Shown here in pieces: positions 53,969 to 64,000 of a stretch of 64,000 bases of DNA. A model generated the notes under the pieces. It was not told where the DNA came from, made no database searches, and was given only the letters and a program-made list of their open reading frames with translations. The DNA is taken from assembly GCA_002189035.1 (NCBI GenBank), contig NEEC01000031.1, positions 234,691-298,690 of the forward strand, in the 5' to 3' direction. Every line of letters begins with the position of its first letter. The first letter of the stretch is position 1. This DNA comes from Utricularia gibba (taxonomy: Eukaryota > Plantae > Magnoliophyta). The translations under genes and the position numbers were made by a program.

Positions 53969-55372
53969 TCACGAATTATCATCGTATGGCAACCTGCAAG
54001 CATCCATTTGATCCCTGGATTTGTGTTTTCCCACAATTTCAGCAAAAGTCCTGCACTTGCATTCTTTTCCTGGTCGTATAACATCTCCATACACAGCCAT
54101 TTCGATGATGTCAAGCTCCTTGTCTGCAGAAACAGAACATTGTCAACCTACTTATCAACTGCCAGAGAACCAAGTTTGATTCGACAGAAGAATGTGATAC
54201 ATAAGTTCTCATATATGCTTTTTATAACAGGCAGTTGGCTGAATAGTAGTGCTCGCAGGTAAGCACTATGGGTCATCTGGATAGAAGGGCAGTCATAGCG
54301 TATACTATTCAGTAATAAAGCAATCTCTCACTAATGCGATTACAATGAGAATGAATCAGGAATTTGAAGCCCACCTGCGTTAACCAGACTACAGGAAGTG
54401 AAACATGACGAAGATAAAGCTCGGCTGGTGTTTGCCAAGGAAACAAATGACACATGCGAACAACCATGTCCACTCCATTCTCCAGTTACATGGCACATGT
54501 TTTTACTAAAAAGTGATTATAACATCTATAACCCCTGCTGAACAAAAAAAAGTCTACGGAGAAACCATGCAGAATTCTTTAATGTTTTATCACTATCTTC
54601 ATTCACAAAAGCAGGTCACCTCGACATCAAATGGGTAGGTAAAACATGAAAAGATTACTTCCATACCTGTGAACTTCAGTTCACAAGAATAGTCTTTCAA
54701 GCGAGAAGTATCAATCTCCTGTTTATCCGATTTTAGCCTGTTCACCCTGGTCTGCAGAATTTGACAATTCTCCGCCGTTGATTCCCCGCCTGCATAGTGA
54801 ACAGCTTAGGTCATTGTGATTGAGCATGGTGTTCGTCCTCCCGACAATCCTTCACAGCACCTCCTTCCACCCTCGTAGAAAAAACCCAAAAGTTGGGGAA
54901 AAAAAACTTTCGTGGTAAAACAAGAAGGAAAATTCAAGATCAATGGCAACGAGCCTTGAACCTCACTTCATAAGCATAACGAAAACCACAACCTCTTACC
55001 ACCAGCATGCAGAAATTTAGGAATACGGAAAAGTAAGAAATCTGATGTAATTCTTAATTGAATCCCGCAAACAAAAAATCTTTAAGGATGTCTTTAGGGA
55101 CTTTAGCAAATTATGAACACAGCATTTGGGAAATTGGAACCTTTTGAAAAAGGAAGGATGTGGTCGTACTCGAAGCAGAGGCAACCCTGGCAATTACAGA
55201 ATCGTTTGCAGACAATGTTTCCGGCGGCGTCTTTTCTCCACCTCTCGGGGTGGCGCCCAGGCACCGTTTCCGCATGTGACCAGCACCTGCTTTTCACCAG
55301 TTTGTCGAAAAACCTCGGCCTCTCCTCTAGACGAGCACCCCTAGGTGACGAAGAACCAGAAGGAAAGCTCAT
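53969..55372 (-). CDS. Plant HNH-endonuclease-domain protein, 3 exons
   Basis: RPRFFD..VK..CW..AE.VPGRHPERWRKDAAGN.VCKRFCNCQGCLCFEYDHILPFSKGGESTAENCQILQTRVNR.K and DKELDIIEMAVYGDVIRPG. Confidence 0.88.
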
Positions 55373-55758
55373 TCTGTAAAGAAAAAGTTTTCCGACTTCG
55401 AAAGTCGGTAGAAACACCGTGTAAATAAAATATTGCCTGGTGCAAGGTCGATACTTCGATATATTTCAATCTCACATTTGGTACGAATGGTTAACGATGC
55501 TTGAGCGCTGGCGTCTGGCGCCTGGCGGCGATGCTATGGCACATAGTACCTGAAGTCACGGACGACTTCATCTCCATCAGAAGGAAACCAGCAAGCCCTA
55601 AATCGATCTTTCCGATTTTCTTCAGGTTCAGGGTTTTTTCAATATGCCCCTAATATTAGCGGGACTTCCATATGTCACCCCAAAAGATATCATATAAAAA
55701 CCTCTTCTGCATTAGGGTGTAATAAGGAAATAGTCCAAAGGCACGGATAGACTGAGAG

Positions 55759-56525
55759 ATGGCTTCCCAGTCTAACGATCCCCGCATGCCATCGGCGTCC
55801 CGGCCATACAAACCTCAGCCGATATCTCCACAGGACCTCCCGGTGGACTATTCTGGCTTCATAGCAGTGATATTTGGGGTTTTTGGTGCCATGTTCCGGG
55901 TACGAGATCGTTTCCCCTTTTTGACTACGACCTTCGTTTTTCAAGATTAGCGCTTCATAGTGAGGATGTTTTTCACCTTTTTCTTTTGTGTTCGGGATCT
56001 AGTTTTATTTTTGCAGTATCATATGACGCTGAAGTTATTTATCTATTAATGTCGCAGTACAAGATTTGCTCGTGGCTGGCGATAATATTCAGTGCTCAAT
56101 CGCTAGCGAATATGAAGAATATGGAGAGCGATCTAAAGCAGATCTCCATGGCCATGATGTAGGTTCTGAGTTTAATTGCACACTAACATTTTAAAAGAAT
56201 AAATTTGAGCATGCTCCTGGCACTATCTTCAAGAGACAATCTAGCTATCTCCAAAGAAATTTTCTGCGTTTCTTCAGAATTTCTGCGGTTTGTCACAAGA
56301 ATAATTCACAACTTACGCAACTTGTTTCAGAGGATAAAGATTACAATTTCCTTTAACGATCCTGAAACTAGTTTGTTTTGTTGATCTGGTTGATTATTCT
56401 ACGTATGTTGATCGGTTTGGAAATATAAACTTCTTTCCGTCTGTATTCTTCACACCAGGTTTGGGATTATGGGATTGGTGACTAATTACCTGGGGTTGGG
56501 GCCTCGACCAGGCGTTAAGAAGTAA
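55759..56525 (+). CDS. PAT complex subunit Asterix (UPF0139/WDR83OS homologue), 3 exons
   Basis: NDPR.PS..RPY....ISPQDLPVDYSGFIAVIFGVFGAMFR | YK.CSWLAIIFSAQSLANM.N.E.DLKQISMAMM | FGIMGLVTNYL. Confidence 0.9.
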
Positions 56526-57483
56526 TAACTGTCATTTCCATTGCTATTCTGTTGAAGCCTGCCAAGCAAACCATGGCGTGTCCTTTGAAGTTTGAAGGCG
56601 GTCGCTTATTTAGCCTGTGTAGAGGCTGCAAGATTCATCATCGATGCTATGCTTTATTTCTTCTTGTACTGTTGACAATCTGGTTTGTAGTTTCTGGACT
56701 AAGATGCAGCATTTTGTGTGTTTTGTGGTAACCAGGGTTATATATTTAGCACCTGGATGTTGCCCGTTTGATTGTAACCAACACACATTGAACGAAGTAG
56801 CATTTGCAAACGTTCCTTTAACAGATATGTAGTGCTGCACCGGATCATAGAGGCAAATTTTATGAAATATTCCAAAATTTTATGAACCTCCTCTTTGTTT
56901 CCAAGTGGACTTGATCTTCATATGCTGACACAAATCAGTTTCATTCGGCAAGATAAAGGCGCAGTTGGGTAGGATATGCAGTTTTTTTGGCTGGTCATAT
57001 CACAGAGTTGGGCAGCCTCATCTAACAGATGGCAAGCAAGCCATCGCCATGTGAGTCCTCTAGAGTAACAGGAGGAACTGGACCTTCCTCCGAATTGAAT
57101 CGACAAAGGAGAGGACTGCCCAACAGCATTGGGTTCATGTTCACTACTGTTCAAAACCAGGGTCCTGTCCATGGAACGCTGGAAGTTCAACTCTCATGCC
57201 CTATCAACCCGGGGACTTTCAAATTTAGTGTCACTAATGAAGACTTTTTTTTAAGGAAAAAGAATACAAACAAAACAAAACAAAACCTCCAGACGTATAG
57301 CAAGTGTAATGAATGCATCGGCAACAATGTCGGCTTCATGTTATCATCTATCCTAAGTACATGGCGGATTATCACATGCTTGCAGACGGCAAAGACTCAC
57401 ACTTCCTAGAGAAACAACAAAAATTCCACAACGCATCAGCAACAGTACCGGCTTCGTTCATCATTTATGCACTAAACGGCGGA

Positions 57484-58008
57484 TTAGCACATTCCAGGAG
57501 GCGGCAATCGCTGTGGCTGGGGACGGTTCTTGAAAGCGCGAGCCAGGAGTGCTCCTAATCCAACCCCCATTCCAATTCCAATTATGAAAGAAGGCAGATA
57601 TATAGAAGACCGTTTCCTGCTCTGTAAATGCCACAACAATTTCACATCATCAGGATGCCACAGACTCAAATGAACGGCAAGCATCAATATCAAATCTGCA
57701 TTGTTTGTGGCCCGAAGTAAGTTGAAGCACACAGGACAAGAAACTTTTGCGCTCTCTCCATCCTTCACCGAATTGACTTTTTCAGCAATGAATAGAGCTT
57801 GCTCCTTCAACGACACACGGATTGGCAGGAAAGGCTGCAGGAGCAATACAAAAGATTGTATCAAGTTAACACAATTGCTTACTCTGTAGTATATCTACGT
57901 GGTCAATTTTGGTATTTATCTCAAATAATAATTGAAACAGACGAGTATAGGGAAAACCTTAGTCAAATTTGAGATCCACGTCCATGCTGCTCTTACAAAA
58001 CTTCGCAT
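57484..58008 (-). CDS. Uncharacterised ~133-aa protein with a CxxC..HxxxxH motif and a C-terminal TM (58008-57958; 57834-57484)
   Basis: ATG 58008 MRSFVRAAWTWISNLTK, GT-AG intron in frame, then PFLPIRVSLKEQ..SCPVCFNLL..LAVHLSLWHP..IIGIGMGVGLGALLARAF. The first exon is my inference. Confidence 0.55.
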
Positions 58009-59163
58009 TTGCTCCTGAAGCAATAGGAAGGCTCGTCCTAATAGCGGAGATCAAAACGATTCAAACTGCATCGACCCAGAAACTTTCATGAGTGCACTGC
58101 AATGACAAGATAAAAGTTCGCTCTTCAAGATACACGTATCCTATATTTTCCTTTTTTCCAACGCATAAACTATATTCTGCGAATGAGTTAACCATAACTT
58201 CTCCTTTCCTATTCAATTCTTTACTCTAGGGGAGAAAGTTATATCTAGCAATCGAAGCAAAAAATCAATGGTTCAAATCAAGACAGCACCGTCAACATCT
58301 AAAGAAGCACTGAAAAGCCTAACTTATTCTCCAGCTTATACAGTCAGAGAGAAGGATATCACCTGTGGCGGCGAGTTACAGTTTAGCGGTAATGTTGAAG
58401 CTCGCGGTGAATAATGAAGCATTGTGCGGTCGATGTTATGTGACAAATGCCCTAGTCCCAATAATTTCACGAACGTTCGGCCCATTCGCACTGCCTGTTC
58501 TTAGACATGTCTGCCCTTTTCCGATGCTTTCGCATTTTAAAGAAAACTTCCTCTGCACGATAGGTCACGGCATCTCACATTTCCAAATGCTTGTTCTCTG
58601 ATGGGCAATACCTAAGCTTCTTTATTTCCAATTTCTCGAAGGGCGGAAAACTGGAGTTTGTTTAGAAAAGGCTTGGCGGGTAAGTAGGCAAACTGGAGTT
58701 AGTAATTGGTCATTGTACTTCCATTTTGCACTTGTGTTTTGGGGTTTGAGTTGGATGCTGTGATTGCCTTATTTATTTGTTTGGGACGTCCCTTTATTTT
58801 TGAGCAAAACTCATGCCTATTCCTCATATTTAACAACACTATTCGTAAAAACTTTAGTTAGGGTAGTGCAGTCGCGCGGGGGAGAAACATCTGAAATCTC
58901 GCTACGGTTTGTGAAACATAAATCAGAATCAGATTGAAATATTCTATTGGATTGCTCATATTTAACGCGAAGATAGAATTGATGGTTTGAGGCAATTCCT
59001 AAAACCCAAACCGCAACCCCAAGGTGGGCCATTAAAGGGCTTGAAGGGGCGAAAGACACCTCCTAACGTCCGAGTTTTCTCTCCTTTGCGTGACACAGCT
59101 GTGGTGGGTAGGTCAACTCAATCTCTCTCGGGAACTCGCTCACGATCTGCGATCTTAGGGGGA

Positions 59164-62100
59164 ATGTTGCGGCGGGGAACGCATCGTATCATTTGCGCTC
59201 TTCTTCTCCTTGCTCTTCTGCCGCTCAATGCAATCGCTCGCCCATTCTTTTTTGTACTCTCTGAGGATGACCTTTCTGATCCCAATCAACCCTCGCCTGC
59301 TGAAGACGTCTCTGAGTTTGACGACTTTCCTGAGACCGATTCACAGCCTGATTATGTTTTCGATCCCGGCTCATGGTCCCCAATCTTTGAACCAGATACC
59401 AATTTCGGGAACCCAAACGCTAGCGATGACGGTGATATAATTTATTACAGCGGAGTGAAAAAGATTGTCGAGGCTTCCAGGGGGGAATTTAGGCTCATGG
59501 AAGAGGCGGCAGCAGAGATTCAGGCGGCAGCGGATATGGGGAACCCACAGGGCCAATCTGCGATCGGCTTTTTGTACAGCATGGGAATTTCCAGAGAGAG
59601 GAGTGAAAGCAAGGCCTTTCTGCATCACTACTTTGCCTCGCAAGGGGGCAATATGCAGTCAAAATTGGCTCTGGCTTACACTTATTATCGGCGTGAAGTA
59701 CGCTCCTTTCCTGCATATTCATTTAGTCGGATGCCATCAGCTGTGATTTTATATTTCTGTTTCATCATCATGACATCCGAACTATGGTTTTCGTTTGACG
59801 AAGTTATCACTCGTACTACGTAATCTATCGTTTAGGTGGTGAAACCCGATATATACTTCTGAAAGGCATTTGATGACTATGATATGCCCCATTGAGGAAA
59901 TGGGAAAATAGAGGAAAACTAGCGTGTTGAATATTGATCAAATTACTTGTTAGGATTTTTAGTTAATGAGATTTATGGTCTGGTTTTTTTCGGTGCAGAT
60001 GTATGAGAAGGCAGTTGGGCTTTACTCAGAATTGGCGGAAGTAGCCATGAATAGTTTTCTCATTTCAAAGGACTCGCCTGTTATTGAGCCTGTGAGAATA
60101 CATATTGGTGCAGAGGAGAATAAAGAAGCTCTTCGGAAGTCTAGGGGAGAGGAGGATGAAGATTTTCAGATTTTAGAATATCAAGCACAAAAAGGAAATG
60201 CAGGGGCCATGCATAAAATTGGAATGTTTTATTACTTCGGTCTGAGAGGTGTTAGGCGTGATCATGCCAAAGCATTGCGTTGGTTCTCCAAAGCAGTGGA
60301 GAGAGGTGAGCCTAGGTCAATGGAACTTCTTGGAGAGATATACGCAAGAGGAGCAGGAGTTGAACGAAATTATACTAAGGCGTTAGAATGGCTGACGCTT
60401 GCATCAAGGCACCAACTTATCTCCGCTTACAATGGAATGGGATATTTATATGCAAAAGGCTATGGAGTTGACAAAAAAAATTATACCACGGTTTGTCCTA
60501 ATTGTTGTTAAGGATTTTCTTGTTCTTCACCAAGCTATTTTCTCAAATATTCTTTCTTTTTCACCACCTGCACTTGCCCATTGCTTCTTTCAACTAATGT
60601 TTGTTCCATTTCACCTCACACTGCAGTTATGTTATGCTCTTGAAAAATTGAAAATATGGAAATATGCTTTGTTTACAGGCAAAAGAGTACTTTGACAAAG
60701 CGGCTGAGAATGATGAACCTGGAGGGTTCTACAACCTTGGGGTTATGTATCTTAAGGGCCTTGGGGTGAAGCGTGACTTGAAAATAGCAACAAAATATTT
60801 TGGTCTTGCTGCTAATTCAGGTCAACCAAAAGCGTATTACCAATTGGCAAAGATGTTTCATACTGGAGTGGGGCACAAAAAAAATCTTCCTCTGGCAAGT
60901 GTTTAGCTCTTCATTCCAGCAGTTTTATCCTAATATGCCTTTTTCAGACAAAGTAAATTTGGAAATTAGTGTTGGTCTCCTATTCTTTTTTTTTTTGGAA
61001 ATTATGATTGTTGGAATTTCTTCCATCCCTTTGAGTTCCTTATTCAGACAAAGTAATGTCCTGGGATTTTTTGTTTGCAGTTTAATTAACAAGTGTACTG
61101 CTAACCCAACTTACATGAGTAGGCTTTACCATTACCTTTTAGAACATGCAATTTATGAATTGTTATATATTTCTTATAAATTAAAAATCATTGCTTTTGC
61201 TTTTTTCATTGTGGGATTTCCCACATTATCATCACTCTCTCAAAAGGTTGACTGTTAAAATACATGATGGTCAAATTGGATACTATTAAGGTAATCATGT
61301 CAAGCCATCAGTCATTTGCTCTAGAATCGTGTTATATATTTATGGTATCAGAATTATGAGGAATGAGCACAAACCAAGACATGGGGATAGTATAGCTCAT
61401 GATTTGTACTTTGTACTCTTGCATTTCTTTCTGGTAGGACTATTTTGGGTTTAATGTTTTTGAGTGCACAATCAAGAACTAGTTTACTGGTGGAGTACTT
61501 ATATCCTCCATTCCTTTTTTGATCAGTCTAGGATATAGTTCCATCCATTCTCCTGATTTGTTATGCGTTTGTGTTTCTTTCTTGACTGAAGTGTGCATTT
61601 TTTTGTGCAATTGGTGTTCTTATTCCTGGTACTTAATCTGTAGGCTACCGCATTATATAAATTGGTTGCTGAGCGTGGACCATGGAGTTCCTTGTCTAGA
61701 TGGGCTCTTCAGTCATATCTGAAAGGTGATATTGGCAAGTCATTGCTTTTATATTCAAGAATGGCAGAGCTAGGGTATGAGGTGGCTCAAAGTAACGCTG
61801 CTTGGATTCTTGACAAGTATGCGGACCTTAGCATTTGCTTGGGTGAGTTTGGGTTGTGCACTGATGCAGAAAGGCATCAACGTGCACATGGGTTGTGGTG
61901 GAGGGCCTCAGAACAGGGCAATGAACATGCCGCTCTTTTGATTGGGGATGCTTATTACTACGGTCGGGTATGTTAACTGTGGCATTTCTTGGTTCATTTG
62001 CAAGGAATTTCCATGGCTTTATTCGTCACATGGGCTTACTTTCTTATTACAGAAGTCTTTGCTGGCTCCAATTTTAATGGGTTTTGTTGTTTTTCTTTTT

Positions 62101-62854
62101 CGTTCGCTTATAAAGGGTGCAGAACGGGACTATGATCGTGCCGCTGAGGCTTATATGCATGCTAAATCTCAATCCAATGCCCAGGCTATGTTCAACTTGG
62201 GTTACATGCATGAGCATGGCCAAGGTCTGCCACTGGATCTTCACCTTGCCAAGCGTTATTATGATCAGGCTTTAGAAGCGGATTCCACTGCAAAATTGCC
62301 TGTATCATTGGCCCTTGCCAGCTTGTGGATAAGAAGGAACTATGCCGATACATTTATTGTGAGTTATGCTTTCTGGCATCTCGGTTGGGGATATAGGATG
62401 GTTTTTTGCGTGTGCATGAAGGTTGTTTGTCCCTTTTTGAAGCATCCTGATGCGTCAACTGTTTTATTTCTACTGAATGCAGCTTTTTGTTCTCTTTAAA
62501 TCTTGATGTTCCATGTGGATGAATCACATTGTTACTGCATATAGGCTTTATAAGACACTTTGATGAAGGAAATAAGCAAGAGGCATGCTTGATTAATATT
62601 TGTAGTAGGATGCTTCCTGAACCTGTTCTGTGTTGCAGGTTGGCATGATCGATTCACTTCCGGAACTGTATCCTAGGGTGGAAGCGTGGGTAGAGAATGT
62701 GATATTGGAAGAGGGTAATGCAACTATTCTTACACTCTTCCTCTGCCTTGTAACTGTTCTGTACTTGCGGGAGCGTCAAAGAAGACATGCTGTTCCTGTA
62801 CCTGGTGTTTTAGACCCCCTACAGCAACCTCCTGAGGCTCTACCTGTTAGATAG
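59164..62854 (+). CDS. HRD3A: ERAD component HRD3A / SEL1L (Sel1 repeats)
   Basis: Signal peptide, [91 protein letters not shown] and C-terminal [22 protein letters not shown]. Confidence 0.95.
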
Positions 62855-63912
62855 AGAAATTTTAGAATCTCCTCAAACTTGCTACTTCTTTCATGCTGCC
62901 TTTTACACTAGCTGTTTAAAAACTGGGAAGAAGAGTATGATGCCATCCTGGATGAAACATATATTAGAAGTAAAGCTGACGAGAATCGTTGTTACATCAA
63001 GTTGATGTAAATAAAAAGTATTTAATTTATTTGAGTTTAAATAAAGTTGATGTACATAAATTAATTTTTTAAATAGTATTTAATTAGTAAAATTAGAATT
63101 AAGGTGATATTAAGTAAAGTAAAGGAGGTGATATTAAGTATAAGCATCCTCATCCTCATCCTCTTGTGAGTATAAGCATAGAGATGAATGCTACAGAGAC
63201 TCTGTTGTGCTAATCACTATATAAAAGGCGATTGGGATTGAGGTTGAAACCTCAACAGACCAACAGCTAAAATAGCAGCAGCGTTTGTCGTTTTATAGGT
63301 TTTGGTTAAGAGCCCTAAGTTTTCTAGATGCTTTAGCGAAGCTTACATGCCAGACTTTTCCATCGGATCTGTATCTTGAAGAATTTAGAGATTGATTGGA
63401 TCAGCAAGTTGGGTAAGATGGCGCACACAAGAGTCAAAGCTATGAACAAGGTTGACGCCCCGAGAGCTGGCGCGACCGAAGGGGCCAGGGCATTCTTCAG
63501 AAGCAAACAAAGCGAGGTGCCGTAGACCCGAGAAATCCGTTTAATTCAAGAGCGATCCCAACACCCTACATGAATATAGTAGGCTTGCTGAATTACACCC
63601 TTGCCCTCATTGCTGCAACACCTGAGAAAAAAGCTCACATCCCCTATGGCCTATTTCTATGCGTTGTCTTATGTTGATGTGAGCGACGTAGCTGTTCCTT
63701 TTGGTTTCAAATTGCGCGTTCTCCTACACGCCCATTGCCAGGCGATTTTCGGAGTGTTTAGCGTTTGGGATTTAATGTTCATAATTTAGGAATAAGCGTC
63801 TAGCGCTTAGATTCCTAAAAGGTACTTTCTCACAAAATGTCTCACGGTTTATACAGCTCATTTGGATGTAGGAATTAGTTTCCGAAGTTCTCGATTCAGG
63901 TTGAATATTTTC

Positions 63913-64000
63913 GGGGTTTATGGTTTAGGGTTTCGGATTTAGGGTTCCAGGGTTCCAGGGTTCCAGGGTTCCAGGGTTTCAGGGTTCCAGGGTTCCAGGG
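63913..64000 (+). repeat. Telomere-type array: degenerate units and 2x TTTAGGG, then 6x TTCCAGGG with one TTTCAGGG, running to the window end
   Basis: TTTAGGG at 63924 and 63938; TTCCAGGG at 63945, 63953, 63961, 63969, 63985 and 63993; TTTCAGGG at 63977. The G-rich strand points toward the end. Confidence 0.85.

Noticed and set aside
57883-57894. Possible 12-nt microexon (IYYR) with AG/GT borders
   Set aside because: It would need flanking introns of 63 and 48 nt, and 48 nt is implausibly short. The single 123-nt intron is already in frame.

Overview
Gene-dense nuclear DNA from a plant (eudicot): about 19 intron-containing protein genes in 64 kb, most introns only 70-130 nt. The window ends in a short telomere-type array whose G-rich strand points to the right-hand end. 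Gene order: MRS2 Mg2+ transporter (-), DM13/DOMON/cytochrome b561 protein (-), dynein light chain (-), Hyp-O-galactosyltransferase (+), HIPL1 (-), a chimeric relic (H+-ATPase fragment joined to a beta-glucosidase 3' fragment), a GH1 beta-glucosidase with a C-terminal NLS (+), isochorismate synthase (-), head-to-head ABCA2-like/ABCA7-like half transporters, mini zinc finger, CDF-type Dof, cyclin L1, MIKC* MADS, plastid RPE (-), HNH protein (-), Asterix (+), an unrecognised small Cys/His tail-anchored protein (-), and HRD3A/SEL1L (+). About 1 kb of subtelomere follows, then (TTTAGGG)/(TTCCAGGG) repeats. The compactness and the olive/SGD-like glucosidase suggest a small-genome asterid, possibly Lamiales; this is inference only. 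Caveat: at least six single-base deficits, mostly in G/C runs, break otherwise intact genes. This looks like long-read consensus error and also bears on the telomere variant. Exon coordinates were read by eye and gene identities come from recalled family motifs, not database searches.
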